DNA from: Bacillota bacterium
GTDB taxonomy: Bacteria; Bacillota; Clostridia; Tissierellales; Peptoniphilaceae
Assembly: GCA_023394045.1 (NCBI GenBank)
Contig: JAEXBN010000043.1
Coordinates: 12,208 to 76,207 of the forward strand
DNA length: 64,000 nucleotides
Direction of reading: 5' to 3'
Each line of letters opens with the position of its first letter. Position 1 is the stretch's first letter. Made by a program: the position numbers and the translations under genes. The notes beneath the pieces are model-generated. The model was given only the letters and a program-made list of their open reading frames with translations. It did no database searches and was not told the DNA's origin. Below, one piece after another: positions 49,308-58,753 of the stretch.

Positions 49308-49774
49308 CGTTTCCCCCATTCCCGCTCGGGGATGATTAAAAGTAAGATGGCCAAAAGAAACACTCCGATCGTCACGCCGATATCGGCCACATTAAAGATC
49401 GGGAAATGGAAGAAGGCAACGAGATCCACTTCAATAAAATCGACAACATATCCTGTACTCATCCGGTCAATCAGGTTCCCGACGGCGCCTCCTAAAATCA
49501 ATCCAATGGCAACGGCAAGCCAAAGTGTTTTTTTATGGTAACGCCAGAGGAAAAAGAGCAATCCAGCGACCACAACAACAGTGAACAAGGCAAATAAAAA
49601 GGTCTGACCTTGTAAAAGGCCAAATGCGGCGCCATGATTTTCAAGATAATGAAAACGAAGAGTTCCACCGAGGAGCCATTGCGGGTCGTTGCCCTGCAAT
49701 GTCGCGACAGCCCAGTGTTTGGTCCACTGATCTGCAATCACCCATAAACAGGCAAGCATCAAGCCAAGAATCAT
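49304..49774 (-). CDS. lspA: Lipoprotein signal peptidase II
   Basis: DQWTK, NHGAAFG, GNLIDR, VVDF, FNVAD. Confidence 0.97.
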   Translation of the reverse strand: MILGLMLACLWVIADQWTKHWAVATLQGNDPQWLLGGTLRFHYLENHGAAFGLLQGQTFLFALFTVVVVAGLLFFLWRYHKKTLWLAVAIGLILGGAVGNLIDRMSTGYVVDFIEVDLVAFFHFPIFNVADIGVTIGVFLLAILLLIIPEREWGKR

Positions 49775-49799
49775 CTTTCCTCATTTCCATGTTCATGAC

Positions 49800-49825
49800 A
49801 AAAACTCCCGCGACGAATCGCGGGA
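49800..49825 (-). terminator. Probable terminator after sepF
   Basis: TCCCGCGA-CGAA-TCGCGGGA hairpin with a T-run on the minus strand. Confidence 0.65.
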
Positions 49826-49856
49826 AGCTTTGAGTGCTACAGCCGATGTTGAATCC

Positions 49857-50381
49857 TTACAGCTGGTATAAAGAAGCGTTGTCTTCCACCGACTGACGAA
49901 TCGCTGCGTCGACATCCACGCCTTTCGGTACGATCACATAAATATCCTTGGTGACTTTTTGAATTTGTCCTTTGAGCGCGTAGACTCCTCCACAGACGAA
50001 ATCAAGAATCTGACGTTTCTGCGCCACTTCCGGCATTTCCAGATTTAATACCACCGTGCGCGCCTGAGAGATGCTGTCCAGCACTTTCTGTCCATCATTA
50101 TATTCGATCGGCTCCTGGATGCTGATACGCATGCGGCTTGATCCTCCTACACTTCCCATATCCATCACATTGCTTCGCGATGTTGTATTGCGTTTCGGTT
50201 CCTCATACGAAGAGCTGTACTCTGTATTCGCGTATGAAGATGCCGTATTCGTGGTGGTTTCCGTTTCGCGAACAGGTTCATAGGACGGTGTATCCGAATA
50301 ATCATACTCTTCCGCATAATCATCGTCATCATATTGATCTTCAATGCCGATCATATTTTTCATTTTGTCCAGTAAGCCCAT
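49857..50381 (-). CDS. sepF: Cell division protein SepF
   Basis: N-terminal amphipathic MGLLDKMKNMIG, VVLNLE, ILDFVCGGVYALKG. Confidence 0.93.
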   Translation of the reverse strand: MGLLDKMKNMIGIEDQYDDDDYAEEYDYSDTPSYEPVRETETTTNTASSYANTEYSSSYEEPKRNTTSRSNVMDMGSVGGSSRMRISIQEPIEYNDGQKVLDSISQARTVVLNLEMPEVAQKRQILDFVCGGVYALKGQIQKVTKDIYVIVPKGVDVDAAIRQSVEDNASLYQL

Positions 50382-50554
50382 AAAAGCCTCCTTATTTTCA
50401 TCGTTTCATCTACTGGAGCGTGCGAGCATTCTTTGTGAACGGTGCCTTTCCGATCCCACCTGCTCCCCTAAAGAAATCTGCCCATTGATTTCATATGCCT
50501 TATTATAACCGACTGCCTTTTGCTTTTCGAACAAAGTTCAAAGAAACGGATCAA

Positions 50555-51595
50555 TTATCGAAGCATTTGCCCATCCTTCCCCTCCGAAGCATCAAACAAA
50601 AGGTCATCAAAGGCATGAAGGGAAGGCGCCTCTCCCGTCGATGACTCGGCGGCGGTAATATAAATATGATCCGTTGTCTCAGAATCCGACAGAATCTGTA
50701 CCGGAACTTTATGCATCACTTGTTCTGCATCAATCACGTAACAAAAGGTCTCTTGTCCCTCTTCCTTTACCGCACTCAGAGGAACCGCATAGCAGGCACG
50801 CCGGTCTGATTCAATGTTTACCGCAGCAAAACGGATCGAGGCGATTTGTTGAAAGCCCTCTTGTAACGAAAAAATCAGCAGCTGATCCCCATGAGCATTT
50901 TTTCGCGTGAGATCCAGCGTTCCATGAAGAGGAATCTGGCCATCAATAGTTAAAGCGTATCTCTTCCCGGTCTGGAAAACCGCCGGATGGGTCGTATGTG
51001 GGACATCCACAGCGAGATAAAATTCCCGGTTATCAAAAAAGGTCAGCCCCTTGGAGGATCGTTCCGTCGAAACTTTGGGGGCGACATCACCAGGCGCCAT
51101 GACATTCAGGCTTTCAGGAGTGAAAATTTCAGCATAAGGATCCGTCCCAATCTGAAGCATTCCTGAAAAAGGCATGAGCAGCTTTCCAGAGGATCCCAGC
51201 TTTTTTTCATAGGCCGCGATTGCGGGATCGTTCTCCTGGTCTGCCAGCGAAGCAAGCTCCTCCTGGGTCTGACGATCGAAAGAGGCGATCGGCGTATCAA
51301 TACGGTATCGTATGGATAAATCCAAATCCAGGGAAGAAAAATCCATATCGGATAAGGCGCGCGGGGAAAATTCCTGAAAGATGAACACGCCATTCCCCTC
51401 TTGGGATAAGATGATCTCCTTCGATTGCTCCAGACGGATCGTGCGGGGGCGGAGACGTTGATAGAGCAGAAAAAAGATGAGGCAAAAAGCTGCTACGATG
51501 CCGATTCCGATCATCCAGAACCATCTTCGCGGGCGATGGGCTTTTGCGTGGGAAGCCAAATGAGAAGAAGCCGAGGAGCGACGAGGACTATTCAT
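50555..51595 (-). CDS. Membrane-anchored hypothetical protein (membrane-fusion/HlyD-like)
   Basis: Single N-terminal TM, PFSG, VPLSAV...YV...VPV C-terminal pattern; upstream of sepF. Confidence 0.55.
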   Translation of the reverse strand: MNSPRRSSASSHLASHAKAHRPRRWFWMIGIGIVAAFCLIFFLLYQRLRPRTIRLEQSKEIILSQEGNGVFIFQEFSPRALSDMDFSSLDLDLSIRYRIDTPIASFDRQTQEELASLADQENDPAIAAYEKKLGSSGKLLMPFSGMLQIGTDPYAEIFTPESLNVMAPGDVAPKVSTERSSKGLTFFDNREFYLAVDVPHTTHPAVFQTGKRYALTIDGQIPLHGTLDLTRKNAHGDQLLIFSLQEGFQQIASIRFAAVNIESDRRACYAVPLSAVKEEGQETFCYVIDAEQVMHKVPVQILSDSETTDHIYITAAESSTGEAPSLHAFDDLLFDASEGKDGQMLR

Positions 51596-52190
51596 GGGCT
51601 CTCACCCCGATTTGATTCTCTGTGCCGTTCATCAGCCGCTTGAGGTTGGAACGATGTCTAAAGAGTGCCACCAGCACAGCAGAAACAAAGGCGCATTTGA
51701 TCACCAGGTCCAATGGGAAAAAGATGGCATAGGCAGCTCCCATAATCGAAAGTGAAATCATGCTGCCCGCAGAGACATATTTGGTCTTCCATACCACGAG
51801 AGCGAATAGAACGAGTCCCACGACAGCACTGAGCGGATAGAGCGCAAAACCGATGCCGCAGATCGTCGCGACTCCTTTTCCTCCAGAAAATCCGAGAAAG
51901 GGAGAATAACAATGCCCCAAGACAACAAAAAAGACGGCATAGGCAACAATGAGCGGATCATTTCCCTGCAAGAGCAAGCCAATTTTAACCGTAAGAAATC
52001 CCTTTAGAAGATCGCCCAGAAACGTCAGTGCGCCAATCTTTCGCCCAAGAGTGCGAAAGGCATTCGTCGTACCAATGTTTCCGCTTCCGGATGATCGTAT
52101 ATCCGTGTGAGCCATGAGTTTGCCCAGAAGAAATCCCGTGGGGATGCCTCCGATGATCAGGCTCATGGCGATAATCAACAACTCTTTCAC
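51588..52190 (-). CDS. plsY: Glycerol-3-phosphate acyltransferase PlsY
   Basis: GSGNIGTTNAFR, GHCYS, GGKGVAT, RHRSN. Confidence 0.96.
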   Translation of the reverse strand: MKELLIIAMSLIIGGIPTGFLLGKLMAHTDIRSSGSGNIGTTNAFRTLGRKIGALTFLGDLLKGFLTVKIGLLLQGNDPLIVAYAVFFVVLGHCYSPFLGFSGGKGVATICGIGFALYPLSAVVGLVLFALVVWKTKYVSAGSMISLSIMGAAYAIFFPLDLVIKCAFVSAVLVALFRHRSNLKRLMNGTENQIGVRAHE

Positions 52191-53512
52191 GATGGATCCT
52201 TTTCTTTACGTTCACGCACCCCAAGATCCAGAGGAACTCCCGTAAAGTCAAAATTTTTGCGCAACTGATTTTCCAAATAGCGCATATAAGAAAAGTGCAT
52301 CAGTTCCGCATCATTGACATAAAACAAGAATTTGGGCGGACGTGTGGCCACCTGTGCCGCATAATAGATTTTCAGGCGTTTTCCTTTATCCGTCGGCGGA
52401 GGATTCATCACGACCGCGTCTCGGACGATTTCATTCAGCAGCCCGGTTGAAACGCGAAAACTATAATTGTTATCCACCATTTCGATCAGATGGAATAATT
52501 TATCGAGTCGCTGTCCTGTCTTTACCGAAATGGTGAGAAGCGGCGCATAGTGATTAAAGGATAAAATGGTTCGTATTTCATCCTCCATCCGTTTAAGGGT
52601 ATTCGTTTCTTTTTCGATCTGATCCCATTTGTTGACGACAATGATGGATGCTTTTTTGTTGTCATGTGCATATCCGGCAATTTTGGCATCTTGCTCCGTC
52701 GGGCCTTCTGCCGCATCGATGAGGAACAAACATAGATCCGCTCGATCAACGGAAGACAATGTACGGAGCACCGAATATTTTTCAATCCGCGTATCGACGG
52801 ATCGCTGCCTTCTCAGCCCGGCAGTATCAATCAAAATATAGCGCTTTCCATCCTTCTCATAGTAACTGTCAATCGCATCGCGCGTCGTGCCGGGAATGTC
52901 TGTGACGATCATGCGGTCTTCTCCCAGGATCCGATTGACAAGCGAACTCTTCCCCACATTCGGTTTTCCGATCAGACAGATTTTGAGCGCCTCTTCCTCT
53001 TCTTCGGTTTCTGCGTCCTCAGGAAGATGCTCAAAAATCAGATCCAAAAGATCTCCCAAACCATATTGCTGCTCAGCAGAGATGACCTGAAGTGTTTCGA
53101 AACCAAACTCATAAAACTCATAAATATCTGGCGGAGTCGTATGCGAATCGATCTTGTTCACCACCACAATGCAGGGCTTCCCGGATCGACGGATTTTTTG
53201 CGCGACCATCCGATCCATCGCCGTAATCCCTTCGCGCCCGTCCACCAAAAACAAAACGAGCTGGCAGTCTTCCAGCGCCAGATCCACCTGATAAGCAATC
53301 TGATTGGCCATGATGTCATCAGAATCCACTTCCAGCCCCCCGGTATCCATGAGCAAGAAATAGCGGTTTTGCCATTCGACTTCACGATAGAGTCGGTCGC
53401 GTGTCACGCCAGGCGTATCTTCGGTGATCGAAACGCGTTCTCCGACCAGTTTATTAAAAAGAGTTGATTTTCCAACGTTGGGACGACCAACAATCGATAC
53501 GATAGGTCTCAT
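52187..53512 (-). CDS. der: Ribosome biogenesis GTPase Der
   Basis: Two GTPase domains (GRPNVGKS and GKPNVGKS), C-terminal KH-like domain. Confidence 0.98.
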   Translation of the reverse strand: MRPIVSIVGRPNVGKSTLFNKLVGERVSITEDTPGVTRDRLYREVEWQNRYFLLMDTGGLEVDSDDIMANQIAYQVDLALEDCQLVLFLVDGREGITAMDRMVAQKIRRSGKPCIVVVNKIDSHTTPPDIYEFYEFGFETLQVISAEQQYGLGDLLDLIFEHLPEDAETEEEEEALKICLIGKPNVGKSSLVNRILGEDRMIVTDIPGTTRDAIDSYYEKDGKRYILIDTAGLRRQRSVDTRIEKYSVLRTLSSVDRADLCLFLIDAAEGPTEQDAKIAGYAHDNKKASIIVVNKWDQIEKETNTLKRMEDEIRTILSFNHYAPLLTISVKTGQRLDKLFHLIEMVDNNYSFRVSTGLLNEIVRDAVVMNPPPTDKGKRLKIYYAAQVATRPPKFLFYVNDAELMHFSYMRYLENQLRKNFDFTGVPLDLGVRERKEKDPS

Positions 53513-53976
53513 CCGGCCTGTACTCCTTGTGATCTCGAATCTCCGCAGGGAAGGAACAATTCATTGATGGAAGCGCGACGCACGAGATGCATCACCCGTT
53601 CTCCCGACTTTTTGCGGTCGATCAGACGGATGACCAGCCAGTACAAGCCGATGCCCAGCATTCCTCCGATCAAACCGAAGACATCATTTTCGTTTCCCGC
53701 CCATCTCGTCCCGAAGAGACCGGCGAGAAGACCCACAATAAAGAAAAGAAGCGGCATCAGGTACAGCAGACCGACATTGCGAAAAAACAGTTTGTCCTCC
53801 ATCTCGACAACCACCGCCTCACCTGCCTGCACATGCAGTGTATTTAACACACGGTATTCCTGTGGTTTGGCTTTGCATCCGCTGCATGCGTGACAAGAGC
53901 CGCATGCTTCGGCTCTCATCACCATAATCGTGCATTGATCTCCCTGAACGGATTTCACCATTGCCTTACTTTGCAT
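53509..53976 (-). CDS. RseC/MucC family protein
   Basis: ACGSCHACSGC cysteine cluster, LYLMPL, two TMs; GGGAGG RBS. Confidence 0.82.
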   Translation of the reverse strand: MQSKAMVKSVQGDQCTIMVMRAEACGSCHACSGCKAKPQEYRVLNTLHVQAGEAVVVEMEDKLFFRNVGLLYLMPLLFFIVGLLAGLFGTRWAGNENDVFGLIGGMLGIGLYWLVIRLIDRKKSGERVMHLVRRASINELFLPCGDSRSQGVQAG

Positions 53977-54024
53977 CTTGCCTCCCATCTTCATCTGGCA
54001 ATGAAACAGCGCGTGAAGGTCGCT

Positions 54025-55803
54025 CTAATGTTCCTGACGCGCCTGAATGTGCAATTCCTCATACTGTTGTTCCGTGATGGTCGTCGGCGCATCCATCATC
54101 AGATCCTGTGCGGTCTGCGTTTTAGGGAAGGCAATGACATCACGAATATTGGTTCTCTGCGTCATCATCATGACAAACCGATCTAGACCATAGGCGATTC
54201 CGCCATGCGGCGGCGTTCCGTACTGCAGCGCTTCAATAAAAAATCCGAAACGGTTCTGAATTTCCTCATCGGTCAGCTTCAGCAGATCAAAGATTTTGCG
54301 CTGAAGATCCGAATTATTGATACGAATCGACCCGCCGCCTCGCTCATCGCCGTTAATAACGATATCATATGCCTGTGCACGGACGCGCTCCGGGGCAGTA
54401 TCCAAAAGCGGAAGATCCTCTTCACGCGGTTTGGTAAAGGGGTGATGCATGGCAACAAATCGGCCTTCCTCTTCATCGTATTCGAACATCGGAAAATCGA
54501 CAATCCAGCAAACCGCATAATCCTTGGGATCAAAGTGCAGATGTTCATTGGCGATAGAAACGCGCAGAGACCCAAGACGCTCCAGCGTTTTCTGGCGAGC
54601 GCCACACAGAATCAGGATCAGATCGCCCGATTTTGGATGAAGCTCCTGCTCAATCTGCGCTTCCACGGCTTCATTCCAGAATTTTTTGAAGCTCGACTGG
54701 TATCCCTCATCGGTCTTTTTCGCCCAGAGCAGACCACTCGCGCCAATCCCTTTCGCAAACGTATTGAGTCCATCCAATTTCTTCCGCGTATACGCATCCG
54801 CCAGACCATCAAAATTGATCGCTCCGATGAATCCATTTTCAGCGGCAGCTGAAGAAAAGACCGGAAAATCCGTTTTGTCGGTTAACTCGGTCAGGTCATG
54901 AATTTCAAATCCATACCGCAAATCCGGTTTATCCGATCCGAAACGATTCATGGCATCCTGATAGGAGAGACGCGGAAATGGCCGAGGAAGCGAAATGCCC
55001 AAAATACGTTCAAAAACCGAAGACATGAGGCGCTCATTCACCTCAAGGACATCTTCCATAGTGACGAACGACATCTCAATATCCACCTGGGTGAAATCCG
55101 GCTGGCGATTGGCACGTAAATCTTCGTCTCTGAAACAGCGGGCAATTTGGTAATAGCGATCGGTGCCGCCAATCATAAGAAGCTGCTTGTATAGCTGAGG
55201 GCTCTGCGGAAGAGCATAAAATCTCCCTTCCTGAACGCGGGAAGGAACAAGGTAATCCCGAGCGCCTTCCGGCGTTGGCTTTCCCAGATAGGGAGTTTCC
55301 ACATCGATAAACCCTTCGTCATGCAGAAAATCCCGAAACGCACGCGTAATCTCCGCACGCATGGTCAGCATCTCCTGCATTTTGGGTTTACGCAGATCCA
55401 GATAGCGATACTTCAACCGCATCTCTTCTTTCACATCATCATCATCTTTGATATAAATCGGCGGCGTTTTTGCCACATCCAGAATGCGAAGCTCCCGGCA
55501 AACGACTTCAATCTCCCCGGTCTCCAGATCCAAGTTTTTAGAGCTCCGCTCCACAACGGTTCCCACAGCCGCCAGCACATATTCCTGGCGCACGGAAGCC
55601 GCTTTTTGATAAAGAGCCGCGTTGATTTCCTTATTAAAGGCCAGCTGTGTCGTTCCTGTACGGTCTCGAAGATCAATGAAGGCCAGTGCTCCCAAATCCC
55701 GAACCTTCTGAGCCCAGCCCATTAAAGTCACTTCTTTGCCCACATCCGATGCACGCAACGTGCCGCAATAATCCGATCGTTTGAGTCCCTGGATCGATTC
55801 CAT
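54025..55803 (-). CDS. aspS: Aspartate--tRNA ligase
   Basis: RLKYRYLDLR, TPEGARDY, LPQSPQ, PPHGGIAYGLDR. Confidence 0.98.
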   Translation of the reverse strand: MESIQGLKRSDYCGTLRASDVGKEVTLMGWAQKVRDLGALAFIDLRDRTGTTQLAFNKEINAALYQKAASVRQEYVLAAVGTVVERSSKNLDLETGEIEVVCRELRILDVAKTPPIYIKDDDDVKEEMRLKYRYLDLRKPKMQEMLTMRAEITRAFRDFLHDEGFIDVETPYLGKPTPEGARDYLVPSRVQEGRFYALPQSPQLYKQLLMIGGTDRYYQIARCFRDEDLRANRQPDFTQVDIEMSFVTMEDVLEVNERLMSSVFERILGISLPRPFPRLSYQDAMNRFGSDKPDLRYGFEIHDLTELTDKTDFPVFSSAAAENGFIGAINFDGLADAYTRKKLDGLNTFAKGIGASGLLWAKKTDEGYQSSFKKFWNEAVEAQIEQELHPKSGDLILILCGARQKTLERLGSLRVSIANEHLHFDPKDYAVCWIVDFPMFEYDEEEGRFVAMHHPFTKPREEDLPLLDTAPERVRAQAYDIVINGDERGGGSIRINNSDLQRKIFDLLKLTDEEIQNRFGFFIEALQYGTPPHGGIAYGLDRFVMMMTQRTNIRDVIAFPKTQTAQDLMMDAPTTITEQQYEELHIQARQEH

Positions 55804-55852
55804 GATTTCTCCTTTAATTTCTAATGTGCCCTATCGCGCTTCCCTCTATCAT

Positions 55853-56482
55853 TTATGATCGCTGCAATTCCAGCAAGAATGGATTGCGGCGTTTTTCAAG
55901 TGCCAGCCATGTTTCCTCGCCATGTCCAGAATAGATCAATACATCATGATCTAAGGCGATCAGACGTTTTAATGATTGCTCCATCTGATTCCAGTTTCCT
56001 GTAAAAAGGTCCGTTCGTCCAATCGAACCCGGAAACAACGTATCGCCGGTAAACAGGACATTCTCTTTTTCAAACACGGCGCTTCCGATGGAATGTCCCG
56101 GGGTCTCCATTACCCGAAACTGCAAATCGGTGATTCTGTCGCCTTCGCTGAACGTGCAGTCCGGCTCAAAGTCGGCTGGATGCAAGTGAAGTTGCTCGCC
56201 ATAGTCCGATAAAGCCCGTTCGAGAACGGGATGCTCCTTGGAGGAGAGCCACACGGGAATGCCATATTTTTTTCTTAAAAAAGGAATCCCCGAAATATGG
56301 TCGATATGACCATGGGTTAACAAAATGGAGATGGGCTCAACCCCTTCCTTTTCAGCCATTTCAGCCAATATCTCGGTATGAAGCCCCGGATCAATAAAAA
56401 CTCCCTTGTTGGTCTCTTCCTCATAAGCCAAATAAGAATTTTCATCGAAGAGGGCAGAAATCACTCTGCGAACAATCATCAT
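55853..56482 (-). CDS. MBL-fold metallo-hydrolase (glyoxalase II-like)
   Basis: THGHIDH, TPGHS, FTGDTLF, SGHG. Confidence 0.92.
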   Translation of the reverse strand: MMIVRRVISALFDENSYLAYEEETNKGVFIDPGLHTEILAEMAEKEGVEPISILLTHGHIDHISGIPFLRKKYGIPVWLSSKEHPVLERALSDYGEQLHLHPADFEPDCTFSEGDRITDLQFRVMETPGHSIGSAVFEKENVLFTGDTLFPGSIGRTDLFTGNWNQMEQSLKRLIALDHDVLIYSGHGEETWLALEKRRNPFLLELQRS

Positions 56483-56516
56483 TTTCCCTTTCTGTTCCGG
56501 AAGGGTGCGAAGCCAT

Positions 56517-58724
56517 TTATCCTTTCACGCGGTACACATTCAAGGTGCTCTCCAAGTTCCGGATGCGGTTCATCAATTCCTGAAGACGCTCCGCGTCATC
56601 AATCTCAACCGATAATTGAACGGTGATCGTTTGATCTTGATCCGGATGAGCCTCAATTCCTGACATCACAATATTCTGCTTGGTCAGAAGCTCCACCAGC
56701 GAAGCCACATAGCCATTCCTGTTGGTGGCTCGAATGTGTATGGTTCCAAAAAATTTGGAGTCTTGGGTATTGTCCCATTCCACTTGAATCAAGCGCTCCG
56801 GAGCCTTCGTGTGTAGGATATTGACACAATCCGCCCGATGAACGGAAATACCACGTCCCATCGTGATATATCCGACAATGGCATCCCCGGGAACCGGAGA
56901 ACAGCATTGCGCAAACTTTACCTGTAAATTCGTCATTCCTTCACCGCGAATGCGGATCGTATCGTCTTTTGCTTGCGGCCCATTCTGCGATTTGGACGTT
57001 TTTGCTTCTGTGGCAACGGCATCCGGCGATAAGTGCGTTTCCGCCTCTTTTGCTTTTTTCTCCTGATAAAGATCTTTGAGTTTGGAGGTCACACTGTTAA
57101 TCGTCTGCGATCCAAATCCCACAGCAGCAAAGAGATCATCGGGTGAGGAAAAGCTCATTCGAGCAATCACCGCGGCAAGAGCCTCATCCGTGAGTAATTC
57201 GTTGGGATGAAACCCATCCTTCTTCAGATCCTGGACGACCATATCACGGCCGATCTCAATATTTTCTTCGCGATTGGCATGCTTAAAATATTGGCGGATC
57301 TTCTGTTTCGTCGACGGGTTGGCGACAAAAGAAAGCCAGTCTCTCGACGGTCCTGTTGAGTTCTTGGAGGTAATGATCTCGACGATGTTCCCATTTTCAA
57401 GCACATGACTCAAAGGGACAAGGCGCCCGTCCACCTTGGCGCCAACGCAGTGATTGCCGATATCCGAATGAATTTTATACGCAAAGTCCACCGGCGTCGA
57501 TCCGCGGGAAAGCTCCACGACATCGCCTCGGGGAGAAAACACGTACACTTCATCGGAGAAGTAGTCGCCCTTCAGGGTTTCCATGAATTCCTTGGAATCG
57601 GTCGTGGTTTTCTGCCACTCCATCAGCTGACGAACCCAAGTCAGCTTCTCATCAAAATCGGTTCGTTTTTTACGTCCTTCTTTATATTGCCAATGAGCGG
57701 CAATTCCGTATTCCGCCGTTTGATGCATCTCAAAGGTACGGATCTGTACCTCGAAGGTTTCTCCGCCCGGACCAATCAGGGTCGTATGAAGCGACTGATA
57801 CATGTTTTGCTTCGGCATCGCGATATAATCTTTGAATCGCTTTGGAATGGGCTTCCAGAGCGTATGAACGACACCCAGCACCGAATAGCAATCTTTCACC
57901 GTATCAACAATCACTCGAATCGCCGAAACATCAAAGATCTGATCAAACGATTTGTTTTGCTGATACATTTTTTTATAGATGGAATACAGCGACTTCGGCC
58001 TTCCGGAAATATCAAAATGAATCTTCAGCGACTCCAGCTCATGGGTCAGCTGATCCATAATGTTTTGGATATAGGATCGGCGTTCATCGATGCGCTTGTG
58101 CACCAGCTGTGAAATTTCATAGTAGGCTTCCGGATCCAGATACTTCAGACAGAGATCTTCCAATTCGCTCTTGATTTTTGAAATCCCAAGGCGATGAGCG
58201 ATCGGCACATAAATTTCAATCGTTTCTGTGGCCTTTTCCACCTGTTTATCGCGATCTTTATAGTTTAATGTGCGCAAGTTGTGAAGACGGTCGGCCAACT
58301 TTACGATAATGACGCGGATATCATTGGCCATCGCCATCACCATCTTGCGGTAATTATCTACTTGATTATCCACTTTGGACTTGGATTGAAGCTGTTTCAG
58401 TTTTGTCACTCCATCCACCAGCGTCGTAATTTCCTGCCCAAACTCCTGGATCATGTCTTCTTCCGTCATTCCGGTATCCTCCAGAACATCGTGAAGAAGA
58501 CCAGCGCAGATGGTCGCATCGTCCATTTGCAATTCTGCCAGAATCATGGCGACATGGAGCGGATGAATGATATACGGTTCTCCGGAATTGCGCTTCTGAT
58601 CTTTATGCGCGACCGAGGCGCACTCATAAGCGCGGCGAACCAGCGCTTCATCCATATTCGGATGGTAAGCTTTGATGGCATCAATCACCGTGTCGATGGT
58701 GGGTATGCTCTTTTCTTTTGTCAT
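56517..58724 (-). CDS. relA: Bifunctional (p)ppGpp synthetase/hydrolase Rel
   Basis: SGEPYIIHP, LHDVLED, KLADRLHN, YQSLHT, EVQIRT, TGS and ACT domains; AAGGAGG RBS. Confidence 0.96.
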   Translation of the reverse strand: MTKEKSIPTIDTVIDAIKAYHPNMDEALVRRAYECASVAHKDQKRNSGEPYIIHPLHVAMILAELQMDDATICAGLLHDVLEDTGMTEEDMIQEFGQEITTLVDGVTKLKQLQSKSKVDNQVDNYRKMVMAMANDIRVIIVKLADRLHNLRTLNYKDRDKQVEKATETIEIYVPIAHRLGISKIKSELEDLCLKYLDPEAYYEISQLVHKRIDERRSYIQNIMDQLTHELESLKIHFDISGRPKSLYSIYKKMYQQNKSFDQIFDVSAIRVIVDTVKDCYSVLGVVHTLWKPIPKRFKDYIAMPKQNMYQSLHTTLIGPGGETFEVQIRTFEMHQTAEYGIAAHWQYKEGRKKRTDFDEKLTWVRQLMEWQKTTTDSKEFMETLKGDYFSDEVYVFSPRGDVVELSRGSTPVDFAYKIHSDIGNHCVGAKVDGRLVPLSHVLENGNIVEIITSKNSTGPSRDWLSFVANPSTKQKIRQYFKHANREENIEIGRDMVVQDLKKDGFHPNELLTDEALAAVIARMSFSSPDDLFAAVGFGSQTINSVTSKLKDLYQEKKAKEAETHLSPDAVATEAKTSKSQNGPQAKDDTIRIRGEGMTNLQVKFAQCCSPVPGDAIVGYITMGRGISVHRADCVNILHTKAPERLIQVEWDNTQDSKFFGTIHIRATNRNGYVASLVELLTKQNIVMSGIEAHPDQDQTITVQLSVEIDDAERLQELMNRIRNLESTLNVYRVKG

Positions 58725-58753
58725 TCTCCCCTCCTTTCTGGTTGATCTTATTA

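Noticed and set aside
50529..50539. GAAC-AAA-GTTC near the sepF promoter as an SOS box
   Set aside because: The spacer is 3 bp instead of the required 4.
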